Assembly: GCA_000004985.1 (NCBI GenBank)
Contig: GG738878.1
Origin: Naegleria gruberi
Taxonomy: Eukaryota
Reading direction: 5' to 3' (one strand)
DNA length: 64,000 bases
The notes below the pieces were generated by a model. That model made no database searches. It was given only the letters and a program-made list of their open reading frames with translations, and was not told where the DNA came from. The position numbers and the translations under genes are program-made. The stretch's first letter is position 1. Each line of letters opens with the position of its first letter. Shown one piece after another: positions 46,113 to 57,040 of this stretch.

Positions 46113-47042
46113 TCCTTCTCAATGATCATATTGTGAGAGTATTTCAACAAGGTGTGTTACTTTGATTTTGATCCGAGTTGATATACAAGTAAATTTCAAT
46201 ACTTGTGCAATGGAAATATTAATTGATCAAATTAAATATTAATTTCGGTTAAAAGGTTTTCTTGTTGAAAATCCACTTCTAAACAATAAACTATTGCAAT
46301 AGATGTTAATTCTCTTTTCAAATATAATATTTGCACTAGATGAAAACAATAATAACTTGGAAGATGATCTGATCAGAAGAACTCTCACAACAACAATACT
46401 GTCAAAAAACAACAATTGGGTCACAGAGTAAGAAAACTTCTCAGATCTTATCTAGAAAACAGTAACTAACTACAAACAAGAAACTATTACAACAACAAGA
46501 GAATGAACACTCTTCACAGGGAGTTTAATGGTTTTTTTTAAGCGGAATGAACAAAGGCCTTTGTACGGTTCCTCCTTTCAATCTCTTCTTTTTGTGTCTG
46601 ACAAAGATCACAAACAAGGCTCTCTGAAAGAGCGAAAATTAAATTGATACTGTGTTGGTTAGATATTAAAATGAATGAGAGTACCCTGTTGTAGTTCAAA
46701 TGTTGGAAGGATACTTTTCTTACGATCTTACTTTGTCGATCTGTTGGATATCAAACAAAGATTGAGATCTTAATGTTATCAGTGTTTGAAAATTTGTAAA
46801 TCTAGATCAAAAGATATGTGAAGAAAGATTTGTTGGTCTCTTGATAGATCAAAATACAAAGCCCTAATTAGTGCGTTATCAACGTTGCCAATCATTTCTC
46901 TATGTTTGTACCTAAGGGTTTTATCTTGATTGGGTAATTTGAGGGTAATCTGAGATTTTGTATCTTTTCTTTAAATTTCATTGTAATCAATAGAACGAAC
47001 ATTAAGAACCAATTAATTTAAGTGAGCTCTATATTTTTCCAA

Positions 47043-48816
47043 CTATTGAATTATTGTTCCAAAACATTGGAAAGAGCTTTGAATGGCATTTTTCTTACAT
47101 AAACCAATATCAATTATCATATTCTGCTTTGGTTCTGTATAAGTTGTAAAGTAGGCATTCGTTTTAGGGGATTTCTCTAACTTGTATATTACAAGAGGAG
47201 TCGGAGCTTCATTATCAACAATTGAATTGCATGGAATCTCTGAGAATGAAGCTAACATCCTTAATTGACCATATTTTGCTACCTCGTTTGTAATTACTGA
47301 TAAATATGTTTTGTTTACATCTTTCATCATGTCCACATATTCCTCCAACAATAAATTGGTATTATTTGTTAAAGTCTTACTTAATGACTCCAATGTTTTG
47401 GTAACTAAATCCAACTCGTTTGATAGATCCAAAATGGATAGTACAGATGGATCATATTTTATCCTTTCCTTGAAATACTGAGCTAACAAAAATTCCGTTA
47501 ATCCTCCTCCAGGTAGAACATACGGATTGGAAACAAAGAGTTTGAGACTCGTTTGGAGACCTTTCATCACTTCTTCCAATTCTTGCGTTATCAGTGGAGA
47601 GTTCGAGCACAGTACAACAGAGTATACGTCCGACATTTCATTGCTCACATGAATACAGCTTGAGTGGTTTAAATGATAAATTATAATAATAAAAATCTTA
47701 CCTTCTACCTCCAATTTCCACTTCAGATACAGATGTCAAAGAACCAATCTCAGAATTGGTCAACTCGGTAAATATTGAGGACAAAGGGGTGCAGCCAGAG
47801 ATTTTCTTGAAATTTTCAAAATTGAATACTGAAATTCTTTCTAAACAGAGAATACCCTCATTTGCTAGAATTAATTGAACACTTTTTTCAATTACTTTTT
47901 GAGAAACGACAAGTTGAATTCCCAACTTTTTCCATTCCTTGATACAATCTCTTAGTTTGGAAATAAATTCCTTAGAAGTTGTTTTTTGAGGAACCAACTT
48001 AACTGTTGCTCCTATATTACTCTCACTATATTCTTCCATTTTCTTTGCTTCTATATATACAGATTCCTTTAAAAGTACAACTTTGACATTGGTTAAATCT
48101 TGTTTTTTTCTCGATTTTATGATGTGTGGGAATGGCATGTTAAAGTAAAGACCATTCACTACTCGGCTATCTGAAACCCTTACATTATCTCCATTGATAT
48201 GATGATAAATGAAATCATTTCTCGCTCCAAATCTATTCTTACTCATTTTAGGTAGAATATCACATAATAATTTAAGGGACAACATTGTCATGTGCTCCAC
48301 TTCATATTGAGATAGATCCAAAAGTTTATCACTTCTCCATTTCAATATAGATAATTGTTTTAAATTATTAAAATCCACGTCTACCACTAATTTGTGACTT
48401 TCAACAAATTCCTCAATCCACTGAGGAATAATATTCTGCAATAGATAAGTCAATTTAAATAAAGAATAATTTCCGGTCTTGTAATTAATAAATAAATTCA
48501 ATATCAAGTAACCAAAACAACTTCCATAACTTCCACATTGTATGAGATGAGACTTGAGAAAACTTTTAATAATCTTCATCACAACCAATTCTTCATCATT
48601 AAATTCAGTCCTATCAAATAATTCAAATTTTAATAATCCCGAAGAACAATTTGTCATACAAATATCAGAATCTCTTTTTAATTCTTTTCCAATAATTGTA
48701 ATACATCCATTAGGTCCACAATTAGTAAAAAGTCGAAGTGTTTCATAGAATACAGAAAGGGGAGAACCTTTGTATTTTGATCGACTTGTTGAGGGTGGAG
48801 TTGTATTATTGAGCAT
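47043..48816 (-). CDS. Highly divergent group-II chaperonin (TCP-1/CCT superfamily) protein, closest in character to the BBS-type chaperonin-like proteins (MKKS/BBS10/BBS12)
   Basis: Exons are 48816..47702 and 47658..47043, with a GTAAGA donor and a 43-nt intron. It carries degenerate versions of the CCT signature blocks. CGPNGCITIIGK replaces GPKGMDKM, QCGSYGSCFGYLI replaces GDGTTS, GILCLERISVFNFENFKKISGCTPLSS is an apical-to-intermediate hinge as in MKKS ([27 protein letters not shown]), and YVLPGGGLTEFLLAQYFKER matches the VPGGGA.E ATP-binding loop (MKKS has LLGGGCTETHLAAYIRHK). Confidence 0.6.
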
Positions 48817-48840
48817 TTTTTTAAATTGTATTCAAATTGT

Positions 48841-50142
48841 TTATTCCTTCTTTGGATACTTGAGCCCAGTCAATGAAGGTTTAATATAAATTGGACAAGT
48901 AAGAACAGCATCCGCACCAAAACCCACAGCACATGTAACTACAATATTGTAGCTAACTTGAATGAGTTTAGAGTTATTGATAGATGCCATCCAAAAAGCT
49001 CTATTTTCAAAATTATCATATTGTTCAGAGTTTTCAGCTTTTGACTCTATAGAACGATAGGATGGAATTTCAAAAGTAATCTTGGTTTCATAATTTTCTT
49101 CAGATAAAACAATCTTATCAATTTGTTTCTCAAACATTACAATATTTTCTTTTTCCTCAGCTGGTTTGCTCTCGAAAAACTTTAATCCACCTTCTTCCTT
49201 TTCCTCAGTTTCAATATGTCTAAATTCTTGAATAAGAGCAACATGGATGCTGTTCACAGTCTTGGTTGATTGATTATTAACTTGAAGACTGAAAACGATA
49301 TCATCGTCATACATTCTGAAAGTATTTCTAGCAAAATTACATCCAACCTTCAGCTTTTTTGCACTAAATAAATACTTTTTAGATGTTTCAAAGTGCATGG
49401 TTGATTTTCCAGAAACTCCTTCAATAGTAGGATAGAGTTCACTCACAAAGAGAATGCATGATTTTTCAATCTTACAAGTATGCAAAGATTGTTCATTACT
49501 AACAACTTTCTTTTCCTTTGGATGATGAGCAGCAACAACTGATGTATGTGCATTGTGTTCATGGTGCTGATGATTAACTTTAATTTCGTGTTGTTCCGTA
49601 ACTAAGAAGGCTTTAAATTTGTAACAAATAGAATATTGTGTATCGTGTCTTTCGTGGAATGTGCTAGTAGGAATTCTATCTGGGAGAGTATAGGAGAATG
49701 GATACGAATGTTGTCCAATATCTAAATCTTCATTCATAAAGTCTTTAATTAACATATAATCCACAAAGTAGACATGTTCTTTTACAACTTCATATTCATT
49801 GCTTTCATTCTTTTTCGAATGTCTTTCAAAAGCTTTACATCTCAAAACAAGTTTTTTAGATACAGATGAATCCAAAGTACTTGTTAATTTTACATCAATA
49901 AATCCGGATACACAATCATGTTCCTTGATAAATTTCTTGTCATTATTTGAAACTCTGATACGAATAGAACCTCCGGAAGTAATTGTATTCTTAAATTTAA
50001 AACGTTCCAGAGTAGATTGAGGAATTATTGATGATGGTGTGATGGGAACATCTTCAACTGTAACAAGAATATTATCTGGTGGTGGAGAGTGTCCAAGATC
50101 AAAGCCATTGTTGACGATGTGCTCATCCGATGCAGAGTTCAT
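48841..50142 (-). CDS. Arrestin-domain-containing protein (alpha-arrestin/ARRDC-like)
   Basis: 433-aa single-exon ORF. The arrestin_N hallmark GQHSYPFSYTLPDRIPTSTFHERHDTQYSICYKFKAFL fits G.HsFPF.F.LP...P.SF....g.i.Y.lKA.L. A second beta-sandwich, presumably arrestin_C, follows. Confidence 0.65.
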   Translation of the reverse strand: MNSASDEHIVNNGFDLGHSPPPDNILVTVEDVPITPSSIIPQSTLERFKFKNTITSGGSIRIRVSNNDKKFIKEHDCVSGFIDVKLTSTLDSSVSKKLVLRCKAFERHSKKNESNEYEVVKEHVYFVDYMLIKDFMNEDLDIGQHSYPFSYTLPDRIPTSTFHERHDTQYSICYKFKAFLVTEQHEIKVNHQHHEHNAHTSVVAAHHPKEKKVVSNEQSLHTCKIEKSCILFVSELYPTIEGVSGKSTMHFETSKKYLFSAKKLKVGCNFARNTFRMYDDDIVFSLQVNNQSTKTVNSIHVALIQEFRHIETEEKEEGGLKFFESKPAEEKENIVMFEKQIDKIVLSEENYETKITFEIPSYRSIESKAENSEQYDNFENRAFWMASINNSKLIQVSYNIVVTCAVGFGADAVLTCPIYIKPSLTGLKYPKKE

Positions 50143-50362
50143 TTTTTATGATTGGTAAATAACTAATCTTTATTTGTTTGTTAAATAATACTTCTCGTCA
50201 TAATACCATGCGTATAATATTATATTTTTCGCAGCAGTAATCGAATTGAAAATCCATCAATCATCCCACAATCAAAGATGTTAAATCATCTCAAAAGTTT
50301 TGCTGTTTTCGAGGTAATAATGAAGTAATAAGGAAACAAATCTAGAGCTTTAATGTGAAATA

Positions 50363-52210
50363 TTAAACTTTTATTGGAGCCTTAGTTTCCTGTTCTCTTT
50401 GTAAACCTCTGAACATTTTACCGAATGGTTTGTTAGGAATGAATCTTCCACTTCCTGCTTCCACATTTAATTGACCATTTTCCCAGACAACTTTACCATT
50501 AGAGATTGTCACTTCAACAACTCCTGTTACTTGTCTTCCTTCATAGACATTATAGTCAATGTTTTGATGATGTGTTTTAGCACTGATGATTCTTGTAGCA
50601 TTTGGATTCAAAATGATAATGTCAGCATCAGATCCAACTTGAATAGCTCCTTTTTGTGGGTAAATGTTAAAGATTTGAGCAGCTTCAGTGCTGGTAACTC
50701 TAACAAAATCACTTGGAGATAATTCACCACTTGCTACGAGTTTATCAAAGAGAACTGACATTCTATCTTCTAAGCCATTGACACCATTTGGAATCTTTCT
50801 AAAATCACCAAGACCCATCTTTTTTTGCTCACTATCGAAAGTGCAGTGGTCAGTTCCTGTTAAATCAAGAATTCTATTCTTAAGACCTGCAATAAGCGCC
50901 TTTTGATCCTCAATTCCTCTAATTGGAGGTGACATGACAAATCTTGCTCTATCCATCCAACTGCCCTTATAATATACACTGTCATCAAGTGATAAACCAG
51001 CAGCGATTGGCTCACCAACAATTCTATAGCCCTTTGCTTTAGCATGAGCAACTTCTTCCATTGCTTCCTTACTCATGACATGAACAATATCTGCCAATTA
51101 ATTAGTTGTTCAAGTTCAAATAAGGTAAAATAACTTACATAATGGAGCATTACCAACAGAGTAGGCAATTTCAGAGGCACGTCGAACAGCCTCAGCTTCA
51201 ACATTTGAAGGTCTGCTTTGTGGATGGCCCTCAGGTCCTGTAATATTAAATTCATTGAACAACCTTGTTTGGCCTTTTACTACCAAATCACCATTCTCTG
51301 CATGCACTTGAGAAATGGCTCCAATACTCATGGCAGTCTTGAATCCATTATATAATTCCTCATCATTGACTTGGAAAACTCCCTTATAAGCCATGAAGAA
51401 TTTAAAACTATTAATTCCATGATTTTCCACAAGTTCTTTCATTTGTTGAGCAGTATTTTCATTAAATCCTGTAATTCCAACATGGAATGAATAATCTGCA
51501 CAAGCCAATTTTTCTCCTCTCCTCTTATATTCATTGACAATATCAAGATAAGTTTCTCCTTTAGCTGGAATTGCACTTTATCAACATCTTTCCAATTGAC
51601 TAGTAAATTATAAACAACTTACAAATCCATAATCATGGTGGTTCCTCCTGCAAGTGCAGCTCTTGTTCCGTGATAAAAGTCATCCTTACTAATTGTTCCC
51701 ACTTTTGGATAATTGTGTGTGATTAAACTATTAAATATAACATAATTACATACTAAATTTAAGTGCCAAATGGACATGAGGATCAATACCTCCAGGCATT
51801 ACATATCTGTTAGAAGCATCAATTAATCTGACTTGACGATCCTCCTTCTCTTCTTGTTTTAGAATGTGATCGTAACTTTGATCATCATGAAGCACATTAA
51901 CAATTTTTCCATCTTTAATAACTACTGTTCCTTTGAATTCAAGATCGTGCGTTACGATGGTACCTCCATGGATTACTATTGTGATTGGTGCATATCGTAT
52001 GGTAACAAGTTGTGGTTCATCTTGATGTTGTGCCAACACTACACAAAGAAACAGAGAAATGATCAATGTGGTGATCAAAAGAAATGTTGTTCGCCCTTGC
52101 ATTGTTTGTTGGATTTTTCTTTTTTCTTGTGGTATGCACTTTACAATGCTGTTTGAGTCATTTGCGTCTTTTTGGAATAGCTTTTCTCTTTTGGTTTGCC
52201 TGATGAACAA
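50363..52210 (-). CDS. dpys: Dihydropyrimidinase (cyclic amidohydrolase, DHPase/hydantoinase family), 4 exons
   Basis: Exons are 52210..51754, 51701..51623, 51575..51139 and 51090..50363. The introns are 52, 47 and 48 nt with GTATGT/GTAAGT donors. Splicing restores [74 protein letters not shown], which aligns with human DPYS [58 protein letters not shown]...CCDYSLHV. Further conserved blocks are NSFKFFMAYK, VHAENGD, GITGPEGHPQSRP, VEAEAVRRA, PLYVVHVMS, IPNGVNGLEDRMSV and GSDADIIILNP. The N-terminal roughly 55 aa, including the hydrophobic TTFLLITTLIISLFLCVVLA, are an extension. The start is either M 52210 or M 52102. Confidence 0.85.
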
Positions 52211-52321
52211 GCAAAATTTCAGTAGGGCGGAGAAACATGGGCAAGAGCTTTTTTTGCACCTTTAAGGATGTTTCATTTAAGAACTGTACAATTTATTTTA
52301 CATTTTATTTGGGCATTGAAT

Positions 52322-54363
52322 TTAGACGGAGAACTTCCAGGTCTTACACATGAAATCTTCACCACCAGAAACAAATGTTTCACTATCAATGAATGCACAA
52401 GTGGAAACACCCAAATGGTGAGCCATGTCAGTCTTAACTCTCTTACCAGCAGCAAGATCCCAAACAATCAAGTTCTTATCAAGTGAACAAGTAAGCATAT
52501 ACTTGCTATCATCAGACCAATCGACATCAACAACAGCAGATGAGTGATAAGTCATGTTGGAATACTTTGGTTTCCATGATGCAGTATCAAAAATAACAAC
52601 ATCATAAGCACTATCAGCTGAAGCTAAAAGAGCACCATCTGGAGAGTAAGAAACCTTTTGAATCTTGGCTGTGTTTTCAGCAAGTTCAGTGGCACCGTCA
52701 ACAATCTTTTGACCAGCAACCTTATAAACACGAATCTTCTTATCCTTACAACCAACAGCAATTTCACTACCATCAGGCTTAATTGAGATAGATTGTGGAT
52801 CCTTATCAATCTTGACTTCAGACAAAATCTTACCATCAGCAGAGAGCAAAGTAGCACCAACGTGAGTTGAGATGGCAACCAAATTTCCATCAGCAGAGAC
52901 AGAAACATCATTTGGAGAACCGAGCAAAGTAGTGGCATCACCAACATATGTGAAATCTGAAAGATTGACCAAACGAACTTCGTTATTTTGAGCAGCAGTA
53001 ATCAACTTGTCACCAGCAATAGCCATAGTATTAATAGTAACATCTTGGTGCCCATTTCCTTGAACCTTAGCAACACTACCAACACCAACTTCCCATTTAA
53101 TCAATTGACCACCAGTTGAACAAGTGTAGAAGAATTTACCACCAGATTTCTTATCAACAACAATCTTGTTGACACGAGCATTGTGACCCAAAATCTTTCT
53201 TTCAACACGAGTACAATCCTTAGAGAGAACGTTCAAATCACCGTTCAAAGAAATTGAAACAGGAACACCAGCAATTACTGAAACACCAACTTGAATATCA
53301 TTGGTAGAATCTCCAATAACAGTGGTAGCAACACATTCCTTAGTATCAATATTCCACAATTTGACAGACTTATCACCAGAAGCAGTGACAATATGCTTGT
53401 TGTCCAAATAGGACAAACCATAGATTGAGAGCTTGTGACCATTGGTTTGAGACAATTCACCAAGTTTTTCACCAGTCTTTCCTTCAAAGAAAATAACCTT
53501 CTTATCAGATGAGCAAGAAGCAAAAGTACTTCCGTCTGGTGAATAACGAATACAGTTAATGAAACGTTCGTGATCCTTGTTTGAGTGAGAGAACTTGAAT
53601 GGAGGACCAGTGAAAAAGTTCAAAGACAAATCAGCACCACCAGTGGCAATTCTGAATGGTCTTTCTGGACGAGAATCACAAGTGAGAACTTCCTTTGAGT
53701 GAGCAGAAATTTCACCAGTATTAGTACCCATATCATAAGCAAAAACAGCTCCGTATTCTTGTTTACCATCACCAACAGCAACAACACGTTGGGAATCACC
53801 AGTCCAAGCCAAATCACGAACACTCTTTGACAAGACACGCTTTTCCAATTTGATGGTCTTGTCAGCATTTTCAGTTGACCAAATACGAACATTACCTGAC
53901 TCATCTCCTGAAGCAATGTAAAAACCTGTTGGTGCGAACTTTGCAACATTGACCTTATGAGTGTGTTGAGTATAATAGTCAATAGAAAGCAAATTGTTCA
54001 AATCACGGATCAAAACATTGGTTCCAGAACCATAGGTGAATTTACCAGACTTGGAGGCAGGAGCAGCAGAAATAAAAGTTGGACGGCCTCTTTCGGTATT
54101 TGGGACACCACCGTATACGTTTTCTTTATAAAATGTTATTGTTGTTATTTGCAGTAGTATCACACGACATCATCATGATTCAAACAAATCATTGTATACA
54201 ACAGATCAAAGTGTCGGTATCATTATTAATCATCAATGATAATACATTGTATTCATTATCCGCATCAAATCATCATGTATACACCAACATCAAAAAAGAA
54301 TCATCAAGCTTAAGATATTCCTTGCCCAAGCGAGAAAAAATACTTACGGAGAGAGATGGACAT
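52322..54363 (-). CDS. wdr1: Actin-interacting protein 1 (Aip1 / WD repeat protein 1), 2 exons
   Basis: Exon 1 is 54363..54348 (MSISL, GTAAGT donor). The intron is 54124..54347 (224 nt). Exon 2 is 54123..52322. The N-terminus MSISLQNVYGGVPNTERGRPTFISAAP...FTYGSG aligns with D. discoideum Aip1 [27 protein letters not shown]...IVYASG. 14 WD repeats are recognisable, for example YAPTGFYIASGD, GEISAHSK, FKFSHSNKDHERFINCIRYSPDG, IYGLSYLDNKHIVTASGDKSVKLWN and DWSDDSKYMLTCSLDKNLIVWDL. Confidence 0.85.
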
Positions 54364-54415
54364 TTTTTTTTGTGTTGAATTGTGATGGCTTGTATTGACG
54401 ACTTGAAGCTTTTTG

Positions 54416-55927
54416 ATGGTTTTATGTATTACAGCCTCTGCTCTGGCAGTTTGGTTGATAAAATTATGGATACAAACGAATGCCCAATTTGAAAAAATGA
54501 AACATGTGCCAGGAGCTTGGCAATTGCTTTCGTTTTCATTCTTTTATATTCCCTTCCTTTCTCCTTATAGTTATATTGGTAGCTATAACAATCTGGTCAA
54601 GGCTGTGGAAAAGTATGGAGACCCAATAACTAAAACATTCAGATTGACCACTTCTAAATCAAATTCTGTTTGGATTAGTGATCCAAAATTATTGAAAGAA
54701 TACTTCATTGCAAAGGCTCACAATTTCGAAAAGCCAAATTACAATGTGGCAGCCTTCTTTGGGGAAAATATTCTATCAGCACAAAACAATGAAAGTTGGA
54801 AGAAACACTTTAAAGTTTGTAATCCAGCATTTGGTCCAAAAAATCTCAAATATCTCTGTAAGGTTGCAGTAGAGTCTTGTAATTCAATGTTTGAGATGTG
54901 GGATAGAAGATGCGATGGTACAAACAATTGCATTCTCGAACATGATGACTACCCAAATTTGAGTTTGCAAATTTTGGGCTTGGCAGGTTTAAATATTGAC
55001 TTTGGTATCTATGCTGAGGAAGCAGAGGGTAAACAGTTCAGATTTCATATGGTAAATATGCAATCAGGAAGATCCATTATTTTAAAAATGTTCTTTGACA
55101 AAGAGTCTTTCATGTACAAACTCATTGGTAGAATTACTGGCATTTCACAATCTATTGAATTTTGCAGTAAATATTTGGATAAAATGATAGAGGAAAGAAA
55201 AGCTAAATTGAAGAATGAAGATTTCTGTGAGGCAGATGAAATGAGCGATATTTTGAGTCTGTTGGTGAAGGCTAATGTAATTGAAAATTCAATTTCTAAT
55301 GATGAACTCAAAAGTAACTCGATGGTAATGAGCGTTGCTGGCCATGAGACGACGGCGAACGCTTTGAGATGGGCCTCTTACTACATCTCAAAAAATACCC
55401 AAGTCCAAGAAAGGTTATGGAGAGAGATTGACGCCGTACTCAATGGAAGAAATCCTACCTATGAAGATTACCAATCTTTGGAATATGTAAATGCTGTGTT
55501 GTTGGAGACTTTAAGATTGTCTCCACCAGTCTTACACATGGGAAGAGTTGCTCTTAAAAATCTCACTTTGGGAGAGTATGAAATTAAAAAGGGAGTGTCT
55601 GTAATTCCAATGTTTGGATATGTACAGAGGAGGGAAGACATTTGGCCTAATGCTTCAGAATTCAACCCAGAGAGATTCCTTGATCCAGAGGTTAAGGCTA
55701 ATTATCAACACAACTTTACCTTTGCGGCTTTTAGCTTTGCAAATAGACAATGTTTGGGAAAGAACTTTGCATTGTTGGAGGCATGCATGATTTTATCCTC
55801 AATGATGCAAAAATATGAACTCAAATTATTGAATGATGAGGAAACAGATCCTATAGTTGCTGTACCATTTCCTGTTAATCGTCCTTCGAAGAACTTGAAA
55901 ATTCAATTGTCGAAGAGACACGATTAG
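54416..55927 (+). CDS. Cytochrome P450 monooxygenase
   Basis: The ATG at 54416 follows an in-frame TTG at 54413. The N-terminus is a hydrophobic anchor MVLCITASALAVWLIKLW. The helix I motif is AGHETTANALRW, K-helix is ETLRLSPPV, the PERF motif is FNPERF and the heme loop is FSFANRQCLGKNFALLEAC. An out-of-frame ATG at 54385 opens a 32-codon uORF-like frame. Confidence 0.85.
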   Translation: MVLCITASALAVWLIKLWIQTNAQFEKMKHVPGAWQLLSFSFFYIPFLSPYSYIGSYNNLVKAVEKYGDPITKTFRLTTSKSNSVWISDPKLLKEYFIAKAHNFEKPNYNVAAFFGENILSAQNNESWKKHFKVCNPAFGPKNLKYLCKVAVESCNSMFEMWDRRCDGTNNCILEHDDYPNLSLQILGLAGLNIDFGIYAEEAEGKQFRFHMVNMQSGRSIILKMFFDKESFMYKLIGRITGISQSIEFCSKYLDKMIEERKAKLKNEDFCEADEMSDILSLLVKANVIENSISNDELKSNSMVMSVAGHETTANALRWASYYISKNTQVQERLWREIDAVLNGRNPTYEDYQSLEYVNAVLLETLRLSPPVLHMGRVALKNLTLGEYEIKKGVSVIPMFGYVQRREDIWPNASEFNPERFLDPEVKANYQHNFTFAAFSFANRQCLGKNFALLEACMILSSMMQKYELKLLNDEETDPIVAVPFPVNRPSKNLKIQLSKRHD

Positions 55928-55940
55928 AAATTCATAGAAA

Positions 55941-56863
55941 TTAATGAAAGTGCAAGTATAATATTACTAAAGCACTGAGGAAAATCCACTTCCAAAAAGA
56001 TCCAAGCTGCATCTTCTTTTTCTGTTTCTTTTGTTGGTGTTGAATAATCTCATTTTCATCAAAAGGTATTCCATTATTATATTTAGCAGCATTTGTAGTA
56101 TCTCCAAGTCTTGAATAAGTGAGAGCAATAAATTGGTAGACTCTCTCCTCGTTAGATTTATCTAATTCAATAGATTTCAAGTAATCGCCAAGTGCTTGTT
56201 TGTATTTTTCCAGTTCAAAATATGAAGATCCTCTATTAATAAAGGCAGAGCTATTGTGGGCTCGAGCTTGATTGCCTCGGTGAAATCCTTGATGGCATTT
56301 TCGTACTCGCCATTTTGATGATATGCTGAACCTCTACTTAAATATGCTGTTGAAAACTTTGAGTTCAATTCAATAGATTTTGAAAAGTCCTCGATAGCTT
56401 TGAGGTATTCCTTACTTTCCAAGTGAACAACTCCTCTTCTACTGTAAATCAGATAATCAGGGCTTTCTTCAATTACCTTATTATAATCTTTAAGAGATTT
56501 ATCAGTTTCTCCAATCTCATAATACAAATGTCCTCTAATTGTGTAAATTAATATCTTGTTTGTTGAATTAAAGTCCAAAGCAAAATTAAAATCCGAAATG
56601 GCTTTCTCCTTTTCCTTCATTTCTAAATACACAAGACCTCTACTGCAATAAACATCACCATTTTTTGGTTTTAATTTGAGAGCTTCGGAATAGTCAGATA
56701 TTGCTTTTTCAAATTCTTTCAATTCAAAATATGAACTTGCTCTGTTGTTGAGAGCAGTAAAATTATTCTTATCAAATTGGAGGGCATGGGAAAATTCATC
56801 AATGGCTATTTTAAATTTTCCACTATTGTGTGCAGACAAACCGGCAAGGAGGTGTTGTTCCAT
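55941..56863 (-). CDS. Tetratricopeptide-repeat (TPR) protein with a C-terminal transmembrane tail anchor. The CDS is split by a single-base frame break near 56243-56250.
   Basis: ORF 56177..56863 has about six 34-aa TPR units, each with an ...ALNNRASSYFELKEFEKAISDYSEALKLKP... pattern. Near plus coordinates 56243-56250 the frame dies (...AIKLEPTIALPLLIEDLHILNWK...*). The +2 frame continues the TPR with RGSSYFELEKYKQALGDYLKSIELDKSNEERVYQFIALTYSRLGD and ends in the hydrophobic tail SFWKWIFLSALVILYLHFH* (ORF 55941..56180). One extra A in ttattaATAgagg (tta-aat-aga-gga) would restore a single frame. Confidence 0.55.
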
Positions 56864-56967
56864 TTGTTTAAATTAGTTTTATTAATAAAGATAACACAAA
56901 CAATAAATTGTAAATAAGAGAGTGTTTTAGATTGAACAGGGCTTAGTATTTTTTACGAACAATGTAT

Positions 56968-57040
56968 TCCCCCTTAGCTCAGTCGGTAGAGCGTCAGACT
57001 GTTAATCTGCAGGTCGGTGGTTCGAGCCCACCAGGGGGAG
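56968..57040 (+). tRNA. tRNA-Asn(GUU): tRNA-Asn (anticodon GUU)
   Basis: A 73-nt cloverleaf. The acceptor stem TCCCCCT pairs with AGGGGGA (57033-57039) and G is the discriminator. The D-arm is GCTC AGTCGGTAG AGC. The anticodon stem-loop TCAGA CTGTTAA TCTG(C) has GTT at positions 34-36 and U33. The T-arm is GGTGG TTCGAGC CCACC. There is no intron. Confidence 0.85.

Noticed and set aside
51732-51753. Apparent 22-nt GTAATT..AG mini-intron in the dihydropyrimidinase gene, which would give ...ALKFS|ILITHNYPKVGTISK
   Set aside because: Far too short for a spliceosomal intron, and it gives a 21-aa linker where orthologues have 11. The alternative 52-nt intron (GTATGT...AAAAG, 51702-51753) restores ...[15 protein letters not shown], matching human ...[15 protein letters not shown] exactly in length.
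54079-54378. ORF 54079-54378 (+) and the M at 54163 (MILLQITTITFYKENVYGG) as the wdr1 start
   Set aside because: The spliced MSISL|QNVYGGVPNTERGRP N-terminus matches D. discoideum Aip1 [20 protein letters not shown]. The MILLQ... residues are translated intron.
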